64,000 bases of DNA from Ignavibacteriota bacterium (lineage in GTDB: Bacteria; Bacteroidota; Ignavibacteria; UBA10030; UBA6906): the NCBI GenBank assembly GCA_963702445.1, contig CAVPCZ010000012.1:193199-257198 (forward strand). The letters run 5' to 3'. This document shows positions 35,153-44,175 of this stretch, piece after piece (the stretch's first letter is position 1; every line of letters starts with the position of its first letter). The position numbers and the translations under genes are program-made. The notes below the pieces were generated by a model that ran no database searches, was not told the DNA's origin, and saw nothing but the letters and a program-made list of their open reading frames with translations.

Positions 35153-35232
35153 ACAACGTGGGGGGGGTGCCGGGGCGGAGAGGCCGAAAAATCCCCGTTT
35201 TTGGCTGAAGAAGGGTACTCCCGGCACCCGGG

Positions 35233-35250
35233 TTTCCGAATTGTGGGAAA
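35233..35250. promoter_or_regulatory. Inverted repeat TTTCC-N8-GGAAA, candidate enhancer (UAS) for the adjacent sigma-54 activator
   Basis: tttcc gaattgtg ggaaa, centred ~91 bp upstream of the -24 GG at 35150-35151 and 17 nt downstream of the activator gene stop. Matches the repeat at 22711-22728. Confidence 0.45.
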
Positions 35251-35266
35251 GCAGGCTATGAAATTC

Positions 35267-36631
35267 CTAACCCTGCGAAGGGATATTCAGCTCTTCGATC
35301 TTCCGGTAGAGGGATGAGAGGCTGATACGCAGGGCCTTGGCGGTCAACTCCTTGTTGTACTGGTTGGACCGGAGGACGTGACTGATATACTGCCGCTCGA
35401 ATTCATCCACCGCGTCTTTCATCGACCGGCGCGCATCGAATGCATAAACCGCATCGGTGCGCTGATCGAACAGCGTCGGCAGCTCTCTCTTGGTCAGGAT
35501 AGTCCCCTCCGAAAAGATCACCGCCCGTTCGATGACGTTTTCCAACTCCCGGATCTCACCCTTCCAGGTGTGCGCCATCAGGCATTTCATGACCTCGTTG
35601 TCCACGCCGCGGACATCCTTGTTCATTTCCTTGGCATGCTTTGCCACGAAATGATTCACGAGCATCGGAATATCATCGACACGTTCGGAGAGAGAGGGGA
35701 GCGTCAGCTCGACGATATTCAACCGGTAGAACAGATCCTCCCGGTAGCGGCCCTCTTCCACTTCCTTTGCGAGGTTCTTGTTTGTGGATGCGATAATCCG
35801 CACATCCACGGACATGGGCATTGAGGTGCCGACGGGGGTAATCTCTTTCAGTTCAATCGCCCTCAACAACTTCACCTGCAAGTGAAGGGGGATTTCGCTC
35901 ACCTCATCGAGGAAGAGACTCCCGCCGTCCGCGGCCTTGAAGAACCCCTCCTTGTCCATGGAGGCACCGGTGAAGGCACCGCGTTTATGCCCGAACAGTT
36001 CGCTCTCGAACAGATTTTCCACGATCGCGCCGCAGTTGATCGGGACAAACGCCCGGCCGGCACGATGGCTGCTGAAGTGGATCGCCCGGGCGACCAGTTC
36101 CTTCCCCGTCCCGCTTTTCCCGTTGATAAGCACTGTTCCGTCGGTGACCGCCACCTTTTTGATGGTATCGAACACCCGCTGCATGGCCGGACTCTGTCCG
36201 ACGATCTCGTCGAAGTTGTACTGCCGGTGCAGCTCACCCCGCAACAGCCGGTTTTCCAGACTCACGCGCCGGGTCGCCAGGAGGCGGTTCACCTTCACGA
36301 GCAGTTCATCGAACTCGACCGGTTTGAGGATGTAGTCGACGGCACCCTTGCGCAGTGCGGCGATTGCGGTGTCGATGGACCCGTATGCCGTGATGATCAT
36401 CACCAGCGTTTCGGGGCTAACGGCGGCGACCTGTTCCAGCAGCTCGATCCCTTTCATCTCGGGCATCTCGAGATCCGTGATCACCAGATCGAAGGACTGC
36501 TCCCGGATCAGGTCGAGGGCGAGCTTTCCGTTTGCCGCTTCGCGGACCGTGAAACCCTCTTTGGTCAGGACGAAGGAGAGGGATTCGCGAATGATCTCTT
36601 CATCATCCACGATCAGAATCGTATCAGCCAT
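35267..36631 (-). CDS. Sigma-54-dependent response regulator (NtrC family: REC + AAA+ + Fis-type HTH)
   Basis: REC: ILIVDDEE ... DLVITDLEMPEMKG. AAA+: INGKSGTGKE, ESELFGHKRGAFTGA (GAFTGA loop), and an RxDLYYRL-like EDLFYRLN. C-terminal HTH: NKELTAKALRISLSSLYRKI. The ATG at 36631 follows the kinase stop. Confidence 0.92.
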   Translation of the reverse strand: MADTILIVDDEEIIRESLSFVLTKEGFTVREAANGKLALDLIREQSFDLVITDLEMPEMKGIELLEQVAAVSPETLVMIITAYGSIDTAIAALRKGAVDYILKPVEFDELLVKVNRLLATRRVSLENRLLRGELHRQYNFDEIVGQSPAMQRVFDTIKKVAVTDGTVLINGKSGTGKELVARAIHFSSHRAGRAFVPINCGAIVENLFESELFGHKRGAFTGASMDKEGFFKAADGGSLFLDEVSEIPLHLQVKLLRAIELKEITPVGTSMPMSVDVRIIASTNKNLAKEVEEGRYREDLFYRLNIVELTLPSLSERVDDIPMLVNHFVAKHAKEMNKDVRGVDNEVMKCLMAHTWKGEIRELENVIERAVIFSEGTILTKRELPTLFDQRTDAVYAFDARRSMKDAVDEFERQYISHVLRSNQYNKELTAKALRISLSSLYRKIEELNIPSQG

Positions 36632-38048
36632 GCCGGTATTCCTTGGGATTGAGGGGGAGGGTGACGCAGAAGGAGGTTCCTTTCCCCCGCTCGCTGCGCA
36701 CGGTGATGTCACCGCGGAAACTCCGGACAATGCCGTAACTCACCCAGAGCCCCAGCCCGGTTCCCTCCCCGACGCGTTTTGTCGTGAAAAACGGCTCAAA
36801 CACTTTCGCCAGATGTTCGCTGGTGATGCCGCTGCCGTCATCGGTAATGCGGACCCGGATCCACTCATCATCACGTTCGAAGTCGGTCGTGATCGTTCCG
36901 CGCTTCCCCTGCAGCGCATCGACCGCATTCAGAAGAATGTTGATAAACACCTGGGCGATCTGATCGGGGACGAGGGAAAGGAGAGGAATCTGGTGCCGCA
37001 CGTGGGTATAGAAGGTCACCTCTTTCGCTTTCTTGCCCATCTTCACGATCTCGACGGAATCCGTCAGCAGTTTGACGATGTCCGTGGGCTGGATCTGGTA
37101 GTTGGAGGGCCGGGAAAAATCCACCAGATCACGGATGATCTTGGTGATCCTGTGCACCTGGGACTGGACCAGTCCGAGTTTGTCGCGCGCGAACTCGTCG
37201 TTGATCGTGCGTTGCAGCACCTGCACGATGGAAGAGATGGACGTAAGCGGGTTTCCCACTTCGTGGGCGATGCCCGCGGCGAGGGTCCCGATGCTCTCCA
37301 TCTTCTGGGAATGCATCAGCTGCTGTTCCAGGGCCTTTTGCTCGGTCACGTCGCGGTGTGAACCCAGATACCCCACCACCCGGCCGTCGCCTTCGATGAT
37401 CGGGGAGATGAGCAGCTGCGTATACAGGGGCTGGCCGTCCTTCCGGCGGTTTTCGATTTCGCCGTTCCAGACCTTCCCCGCGCTGATGGTGGACCAGACA
37501 CGCTCCCAGAACTCCTTCGCGTATTTCTTGCTGGATATGACGCTCGGATTGTTCCCGATCAGCTCTTCTTTCGCGTATCCGGTTGCGCGCTCGAACGCGG
37601 GATTGACATAAATCATCCGTCCCATCGCGTCGGTGATTTGAATCGGATTCACCGTGAAGTGCACCACGTTGGAAAACCGGAGGAGGTCCAGCTCTTTCTG
37701 TTTGGATTCAGAAATATCCCTTGCGGTGATGAACACCACCGTCCGGCCGTTTTCCTCGATCCGGCGGATGAACAGGAGTGCGTCCACCGGGTTTCCGGCG
37801 GACTGACGGAAACGCACTTCGCCTCCGGTGAAGCCGTTGCCGGAGGTGACGGATGAGAAGGCGGGGCGTGGGGAATCGGAGGTCAGCAGGGATGAAAACG
37901 GAATGGTCCCGTTAAGGACGACCGGAAGGCCGGTTACTTCCCGCGCCCTGCTGTTGCAGTCGATGAGCTTGAGGTCCTCGGACACTACGAAACACATGTC
38001 GGGGACCACATCCAACACCCGCTGGAGTATATTGAGAGGAACAGGCAT
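36624..38048 (-). CDS. Cytoplasmic PAS-domain sensor histidine kinase
   Basis: No TM segment and two PAS-like regions (one with the typical MIYVNPAFERATGYAKEELIG). H-box AAGIAHEVGNPL, N-box NILLNAVDA, G-boxes DDGSGI and GTGLGL. Confidence 0.9.
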   Translation of the reverse strand: MPVPLNILQRVLDVVPDMCFVVSEDLKLIDCNSRAREVTGLPVVLNGTIPFSSLLTSDSPRPAFSSVTSGNGFTGGEVRFRQSAGNPVDALLFIRRIEENGRTVVFITARDISESKQKELDLLRFSNVVHFTVNPIQITDAMGRMIYVNPAFERATGYAKEELIGNNPSVISSKKYAKEFWERVWSTISAGKVWNGEIENRRKDGQPLYTQLLISPIIEGDGRVVGYLGSHRDVTEQKALEQQLMHSQKMESIGTLAAGIAHEVGNPLTSISSIVQVLQRTINDEFARDKLGLVQSQVHRITKIIRDLVDFSRPSNYQIQPTDIVKLLTDSVEIVKMGKKAKEVTFYTHVRHQIPLLSLVPDQIAQVFINILLNAVDALQGKRGTITTDFERDDEWIRVRITDDGSGITSEHLAKVFEPFFTTKRVGEGTGLGLWVSYGIVRSFRGDITVRSERGKGTSFCVTLPLNPKEYRHG

Positions 38049-38156
38049 ACGGCAGAGTGATTCAATATACCAAATTGCCGGAGGATATTCAAAGACAGAG
38101 CCGCGGGAGAGAGCACGCTCCCCCCCGCGGCCCGGCGGGCGGCGGCAACTTCCGGA

Positions 38157-39437
38157 TCAGGTTCCGGCGCTGTAGTCCTCGTTGTATTTGACCTGCTCCG
38201 GCGTCAGGCGGTCGATCTTGATGCCGCTTGTCGCGAGTTTCACGCGTGCGATTTCCTGGTCCTGTTCGACCGAGATGTCGTGCACGGTGTTGTCGAGGCG
38301 GATCCCCTTTTTGTGAAGCTCCACCAGGCGGAGTTGTGACATAAACTGGTTGGCGAAGGACATATCCATCACTTCCGAAGGGTGTCCTTCGGCGGCCGCA
38401 AGGTTCACCAGGCGTCCCTGGGCCAGCAGATAGATCCGGCGTCCGTCTTTGGTGACGTATTCTTCATTGTTCTGCCGGATCTCCCGTTTGCCTTTTGTCA
38501 CGGCGGTCAGATCGGGAATATTGATCTCACAGTCGTAGTGTCCGGTGTTCGACACGATGGCGCCGTCCTTCATGACCTGGAAATGCCGCTTCACGATGAC
38601 GTCTTTCACCCCGGTAGCGGTGACGAAGATGTCGCCGACCTTCGCGGCATCGTCCATCTTCATGACGCGGAAGCCTTCCAGCGTGGCCTTCAGAGCGGCG
38701 GTGGGTTTCACTTCGGTGACGATCACATTGGCACCGAGTCCTTTTGCCCGCAAGGCCACGCCGCGGCCGCAGTGGCCGAACCCGGCCACGACGACGTTCT
38801 TCCCGGCGAAGAGCACGCTCGTCGCGCGCAGGATGCCGTCAAGCGTGGACTGACCGGTCCCGTACACATTGTCAAAATCCCACTTTGTTTCGGCGTCGTT
38901 GACCGCGATCACCGGGTAGCGCAGCGCGCCGTCCGCAGCCATGGAACGAAGACGGTGGACGCCGGTGGTGGTTTCTTCCGTGCCTCCCAGAACGTACTTC
39001 TGCGCGAACTCGGGATGGTTCTTGTGGATGGTGAAGATCAGATCCGCCCCGTCATCCAGCGTGAGGTTGGGATGGAAGCGGAGGGTTTGCTCGATGCACC
39101 AGTAGAATTCCTTCACGTTCATGCCGTGCCACGCGAAGATGGAAACCTTCTGCGCTGCAAGCGCGGCGGCGACCGCATCGTTGGTGGAGAGGGGGTTACA
39201 GCCGCTCCAGCTGACTTCGGCGCCCGCGGCGACGAAGGTCTTCACAAGCACGGCGGTTTCTTTGGTCACGTGCAGGCACCCCGCGATCCGGTACCCCTTG
39301 AACGGTTTGGTTTTGCGGTATTTTTCCTGCAGGGCCATCAACACGGGCATGCGGGATTCGGCCCACTCGACGAGTCGCGAGCCCTCCGCCGCCATCGACA
39401 GATCCCGCACTTTGAAAAAACCTGGTTTCTGATTCAT
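38157..39437 (-). CDS. ahcY: Adenosylhomocysteinase
   Basis: CLHVTKETAVL, SCNPLSTND, the NAD-binding VAGFGHCGRGVA, and GHYDCEI are all AhcY hallmarks. Confidence 0.95.
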   Translation of the reverse strand: MNQKPGFFKVRDLSMAAEGSRLVEWAESRMPVLMALQEKYRKTKPFKGYRIAGCLHVTKETAVLVKTFVAAGAEVSWSGCNPLSTNDAVAAALAAQKVSIFAWHGMNVKEFYWCIEQTLRFHPNLTLDDGADLIFTIHKNHPEFAQKYVLGGTEETTTGVHRLRSMAADGALRYPVIAVNDAETKWDFDNVYGTGQSTLDGILRATSVLFAGKNVVVAGFGHCGRGVALRAKGLGANVIVTEVKPTAALKATLEGFRVMKMDDAAKVGDIFVTATGVKDVIVKRHFQVMKDGAIVSNTGHYDCEINIPDLTAVTKGKREIRQNNEEYVTKDGRRIYLLAQGRLVNLAAAEGHPSEVMDMSFANQFMSQLRLVELHKKGIRLDNTVHDISVEQDQEIARVKLATSGIKIDRLTPEQVKYNEDYSAGT

Positions 39438-39479
39438 AGTATCCTTCGGGTGAATGTGTGAGGTACGTGCAATGTCCGG

Positions 39480-40622
39480 TTATTTGATCGCCTTCAGAAG
39501 GGTGTCCACGATGTCCAGCTTCTCCCAGGTGAAGTCCTTGTCGTTCCGTCCGAAGTGGCCGTAGGCCGCGGTTTTTCTGTAGATCGGGCGGAGCAGATTG
39601 AGGCGTTTGATGATCCCCCGCGGGGTCATGTCGATTTCCTTCATGACCACCTTCGCCAGTTCCATGTCCGGGATGCGGCCGGTGCCGTAGGTGTTCACGT
39701 GGATCGAGACCGGATCGGCCACCCCGATGGCATAGGCGACCTGGATCAGGCATTCGTCGGCCAGCCCGGAGGCCACCAGGTTTTTGGCCAGATGCCGTGT
39801 GGCGTATGCGGCGCTGCGGTCCACCTTGGAGGGATCCTTCCCGGAGAACGCCCCGCCGCCGTGGGGTGCGCGGCCGCCATAGGTGTCCACGATAATCTTC
39901 CGCCCGGTGAGGCCGGTGTCGCCGTGCGGCCCGCCGATTTCAAACCGGCCGGTCGGATTGACATGAATGACGGTGTTCTTGTCCAGCATCCCGGCGGGGA
40001 TGATCTTCCGGATCACGTGCTGGATCACATCCTCGCGGATTTTCTTCTGGGTGGCATCCGGATCATGCTGTGTGGAGATCACCACCGTGTGCACCCGGAC
40101 CGGCTGCCGGCCATGGTACTCGATCGTCACCTGCGACTTTGCGTCGGGACGCAGGTACGGCATCAGTTTTGGTTCCTTCTTGCGGATGTCCGCCAGGCGT
40201 TTCACCAGCTTGTGCGCAAACATGATGGGCATGGGCATATATTCGGGCGTCTCGTTTGACGCATACCCGAACATCATCCCCTGATCCCCGGCACCACCCG
40301 TATCCACGCCCCGCGCAATGTCCGGGGACTGGGAGTGGATGGCGGAGATCACGGAACAGGATTCGGAGTCGAACCGGTAATCGGCCTTGGTGTACCCGAT
40401 CTCCCGGATGACGCGCCGCACCACATCCTGGACTTCGATGTATGCTTTGGTGGTGATTTCGCCTCCCACAAATGCCAGACCGGTGGTCACGAAGCTTTCG
40501 CAGGCAACGCGGGAAAGTTTGTCCTGCTCCAGAATGGCATCCAGAACAGCGTCCGAAATCTGATCGCACACCTTGTCGGGGTGCCCCTCAGAGACGGATT
40601 CGGAGGTAAACAGATAGGACAT
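39480..40622 (-). CDS. metK: S-adenosylmethionine synthase
   Basis: [56 protein letters not shown]. Confidence 0.97.
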   Translation of the reverse strand: MSYLFTSESVSEGHPDKVCDQISDAVLDAILEQDKLSRVACESFVTTGLAFVGGEITTKAYIEVQDVVRRVIREIGYTKADYRFDSESCSVISAIHSQSPDIARGVDTGGAGDQGMMFGYASNETPEYMPMPIMFAHKLVKRLADIRKKEPKLMPYLRPDAKSQVTIEYHGRQPVRVHTVVISTQHDPDATQKKIREDVIQHVIRKIIPAGMLDKNTVIHVNPTGRFEIGGPHGDTGLTGRKIIVDTYGGRAPHGGGAFSGKDPSKVDRSAAYATRHLAKNLVASGLADECLIQVAYAIGVADPVSIHVNTYGTGRIPDMELAKVVMKEIDMTPRGIIKRLNLLRPIYRKTAAYGHFGRNDKDFTWEKLDIVDTLLKAIK

Positions 40623-40660
40623 GATGAACCTCGGTTGTGATCGGAATTGGTGAACGATGG

Positions 40661-41638
40661 TCAGAACATTTCAATTTCGGATGAATCCCCGACGTTAAAG
40701 CGTTTGTAGCTGCCCCTGACGACGGCAGCATTGCCGATGATCGAGTTTTCGAGCAGGACGCGGCTGACGCGCGCATGGGAGCCGATAATGGTGTTTCGCA
40801 GCACCGACTCACTGATTTCCGCCGCGTCGCCCACCGTGGTGTTCGGCCCGATAACGCAGTTGGAGAGCACGGCATTCGGCGCAATGTAGACCGGTTCGGT
40901 AATGACCACCCCGTCGATCGGCCGGAACGTGGAGTGTTTCTGAAGCAGCGCGCGATTTGTTGAGAGCAACGTCTCCGGTTTGCCGCAGTCGTACCAGCCC
41001 TCCACGTGAAAGGTCTCCATGGTTTCGCCGCGGTCGATCATCATCTGGAGCACATCGGTGAGCTGATACTCGCCTTTCGTGCGGATGTCGTTCGACACCA
41101 CCTCGTCAAGGCAGACCCGCAACAACGGGGTGTTGTGAATGTGGTACAGCCCGACCACGGCCAGGTTGCTCGTCGGCTTTTCGGGTTTCTCCACAAGGCG
41201 TGTGATGAACCCGCTGGACGTTTCCGCGACACCGAACCGGCGGGGATCCTCCACCGTCTTCACCCCCAGGGCCGTCACGGGCCGCTTCAGCACGGGGCGG
41301 AGATCCACGTCAAAAATCGTGTCACCGAGGATAATGAGAACCGGATCCTTGCCGAGTGCGTGACGCGCGGTATAGATGGCGTGGCCCAGACCGAGCGGCA
41401 TTTCCTGCTCGGCAAAAGTGACAGGGAAATGCGGGTACGCCGCGCGGACATACTCCATGATCTTGTCGCCCATGTGCCCCACGACGATGGTCGCGTCGGT
41501 CACTCCTTCGGCGATAATCTTGTCCAGGATATGACCGAGAATCGGTTTCCCCGCAACGTTCAGAAGAACCTTCGGGTGGGTAAACGTGTGCGGGCGGAGC
41601 CTGGTTCCTATTCCCGCAACTGGTATGATGGCATGCAT
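40661..41638 (-). CDS. Sugar-phosphate nucleotidyltransferase with a C-terminal left-handed beta-helix
   Basis: [18 protein letters not shown] (GxGTRLxP) from ATG 41638. The C-terminal hexapeptide-like repeats include [11 protein letters not shown] and IIGSHARV. Sugar specificity not assignable. Confidence 0.75.
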   Translation of the reverse strand: MHAIIPVAGIGTRLRPHTFTHPKVLLNVAGKPILGHILDKIIAEGVTDATIVVGHMGDKIMEYVRAAYPHFPVTFAEQEMPLGLGHAIYTARHALGKDPVLIILGDTIFDVDLRPVLKRPVTALGVKTVEDPRRFGVAETSSGFITRLVEKPEKPTSNLAVVGLYHIHNTPLLRVCLDEVVSNDIRTKGEYQLTDVLQMMIDRGETMETFHVEGWYDCGKPETLLSTNRALLQKHSTFRPIDGVVITEPVYIAPNAVLSNCVIGPNTTVGDAAEISESVLRNTIIGSHARVSRVLLENSIIGNAAVVRGSYKRFNVGDSSEIEMF

Positions 41639-41830
41639 AGGTTCGCTTTCGGGTTCAGAAAAACATTGAAACGTACGGAACTCCCGTACGAGAAGCAACA
41701 CGGGCGGGTCTTTGTGTGATGCCCGTCACAGCACCCCGGAGCCGCCGCACGCATCCTCGCCGTTTGATATTCTGCGGGCAAATCGTTATCATTTCGGCAA
41801 GCGAACCCGTCTCATTCTCCACCAACCTTC

Positions 41831-42889
41831 ATGCCCAGAGAAGTCCCTCCGCGCGCAACGAGCGCCAGGAAAGCGCAGCACGTCGATCTGGTGATCCGGA
41901 AAGACGTCGCTTTCCGCACGAAGCGAACCGGCCTCGCGCGGTGGGAATTCGTGCACAATGCTCTTCCTGAACTGGACTTCGCGGAGATCGATCCTTCGAC
42001 CCGCTTTCTGGGCCGCCCGCTTGCGCTCCCCCTGATGATCTCCTGCATGACCGGCGGCTATCCGGGCGCCCTGCAGATCAACCGGGATCTTGCGGCCGTG
42101 TGCCAGGAGTTCGGCATCGCCATGGGCGTCGGCAGCCAGAGGCAGGCCCTGGAGGATTCGACGTATCATAGAACATTCTCCATCGTGCGGAAGACCGCCC
42201 CCACGATTCCCGTCGTAGGGAACATCGGCGCTCCGGAGGTGGCCGCACTGAAGGATGCCGGCCCTGTGCTCAGGCTCGCCGAGTTGATTGAAGCCGACGC
42301 CTTCGCTGTCCATCTTAACCCCCTTCAGGAACTCCTGCAGGTGGAGGGCAGCCCGCGTTTTCGGGGGGTACTGGCCGGCATCGCTCTGCTGGTCCGTCAA
42401 CTGCCCGTACCGGTGATCGTGAAAGAAATCGGCGCCGGTCTCTCGGCGGACGTCATCCGCCGCCTGCTCGACGCCGGGGTGCGGTACGTCGATGTTGCCG
42501 GGGCCGGCGGAACCAGCTGGGCGGGAGTGGAAATACTCCGTCGGACAAAGCACCCGTCCGCGGGATTATTCTGGGACTGGGGCTTCCCGACTGCGGAGGC
42601 GGTGCGTGACGCGGCGGCAGTACGCCGGCACGGCACTCCGTTCACGTTGATTGCTTCCGGCGGGATGACCTCCGGCCTCGACGCGGCGAAGTGCCTGGCG
42701 CTCGGCGCGGATCTCGTTGCTTCCGCGCGGCCGATGCTCAAGGCTCTCATGACCGGCAGGAAGCCGGCCCTCCGCCGCCTGATGGAGGCATGGTCTTGGG
42801 AACTGCGCAGCACCATGTTTCTTACGGGATGCCGCACGATCGCGGATCTCGGAAACGCATCCATGCACGAGCGCCCGGAGGGCGTATGA
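41831..42889 (+). CDS. fni: Type 2 (FMN-dependent) isopentenyl-diphosphate delta-isomerase
   Basis: PLMISCMTGG, MGVGSQR, VIVKEIGAGLS and VDVAGAGGTSWA are IDI-2 motifs. Confidence 0.85.
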   Translation: MPREVPPRATSARKAQHVDLVIRKDVAFRTKRTGLARWEFVHNALPELDFAEIDPSTRFLGRPLALPLMISCMTGGYPGALQINRDLAAVCQEFGIAMGVGSQRQALEDSTYHRTFSIVRKTAPTIPVVGNIGAPEVAALKDAGPVLRLAELIEADAFAVHLNPLQELLQVEGSPRFRGVLAGIALLVRQLPVPVIVKEIGAGLSADVIRRLLDAGVRYVDVAGAGGTSWAGVEILRRTKHPSAGLFWDWGFPTAEAVRDAAAVRRHGTPFTLIASGGMTSGLDAAKCLALGADLVASARPMLKALMTGRKPALRRLMEAWSWELRSTMFLTGCRTIADLGNASMHERPEGV

Positions 42890-43899
42890 ACCGGCACTTC
42901 GACAGACGGTACGACCGGTTGCGGCAGAGGGTGGACCGGCGACTCGCGACGATGGCCCTGCACGGGGCACCGGACGAGCTGCATCGGGCCTGCCGGTACG
43001 TTCTCACGGGCGGAGGCAAGCGCCTGCGTGCGATCCTTGTGCTTCTCTCCGCCGAGGCGGTCGGCGGGAGAGCGCATCGGGCACTGGATGCGGCGGCGGC
43101 GGTCGAGATCATGCACAATTTTACGCTGGTCCATGATGACGTGATGGATCACGCCCGGACGCGGCGGGGCCGTCCCACGGTCCACGTGCGATGGAATCTC
43201 AACACGGCCCTGCTGACGGGCGATACGCTTCTTGCGGTCGCCTACAAGAGCCTGTTGCACACGCCGCATGTTGCCGGCTGCGGAATTGTCCGCCTCTTCA
43301 CGCAGGGCGTGATCGATGTCTGCGAAGGACAGGCGCTGGACATGGAGTATGAGAAACGGGACAACGTTTCCGTTCGCGAGTACTTCACGATGATCGAAAA
43401 GAAGACGGGCCGCCTCATTTCAACGGCCACGGAACTCGGCGCCCTCATCGGCGGCGGCACAGCGGGACAGGCACGGGCACTGCACAGGTTCGGCCATTAC
43501 CTGGGCAGAGCCTTCCAGCTCCAGGATGACCTGCTGGATGTGTTCGGCAGCGAGGAGGAGCTGGGCAAGACCATTGGCGGGGACATTATCGAAGGGAAAC
43601 GGACATTCCTTCTGCTCACCGCCCTGGAGCGGGCCCGGGGAAGTGACCGGCGGTTGCTGCAGAGGGTGGCGCGGCGGAGCACGGGGCGGGCAGGAACACC
43701 CTCCACCGCCAGGGCGCGCCGGGCCTTCGTCGCCCGTGTGCGCGATCTCTACGCCGCGTACGGTGTGATCGACGAAACCCGGCGCCTGGTGGGCCGGAAC
43801 ACGCACCGTGCGCTCGCCCTTCTTTCCACGCTGCCGGCCTCTCCCGCACGGGACATGCTGGCCTGGCTCTCCGACAAGCTGATCCACCGTGCTTCCTGA
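42886..43899 (+). CDS. Polyprenyl diphosphate synthase (trans-IPPS; chain length not assignable)
   Basis: GGKRLRA, first DDxxD in MHNFTLVHDDVMDHARTRRG, second in FQLQDDLLD. The ATG at 42886 overlaps the fni stop by ATGA. Confidence 0.85.
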   Translation: MNRHFDRRYDRLRQRVDRRLATMALHGAPDELHRACRYVLTGGGKRLRAILVLLSAEAVGGRAHRALDAAAAVEIMHNFTLVHDDVMDHARTRRGRPTVHVRWNLNTALLTGDTLLAVAYKSLLHTPHVAGCGIVRLFTQGVIDVCEGQALDMEYEKRDNVSVREYFTMIEKKTGRLISTATELGALIGGGTAGQARALHRFGHYLGRAFQLQDDLLDVFGSEEELGKTIGGDIIEGKRTFLLLTALERARGSDRRLLQRVARRSTGRAGTPSTARARRAFVARVRDLYAAYGVIDETRRLVGRNTHRALALLSTLPASPARDMLAWLSDKLIHRAS

Positions 43900-43907
43900 G
43901 CACCCTC

Positions 43908-44174
43908 ATGATTGAGTGCACGGTCACCATCGTGAACACCCGCGGCCTCCACACACGGCCGGCCGCCGCCCTGGTGAAAACAGCGGCGAAGTTCCGTGCC
44001 GAATTCTTTATCCTGAAGAACAGCTTCGAAATCAACGGCAAGAGCATTATCGGCGTCATGACCCTCGCCGCCGAGCAGGGGTCGACCCTCACGCTCAAGT
44101 TCAACGGCCCCGACGAAGAACAGGCCGCCGCCGCGGTGGTGGATCTCTTCGAACGGGGATTTGATGAGAACTGA
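43908..44174 (+). CDS. ptsH: Phosphocarrier protein HPr
   Basis: The 88-aa protein has the active-site region NTRGLHTRPAA (His15 context) and the GKSIIGVMTL Ser46 region. Confidence 0.9.
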   Translation: MIECTVTIVNTRGLHTRPAAALVKTAAKFRAEFFILKNSFEINGKSIIGVMTLAAEQGSTLTLKFNGPDEEQAAAAVVDLFERGFDEN

Positions 44175-44175
44175 C

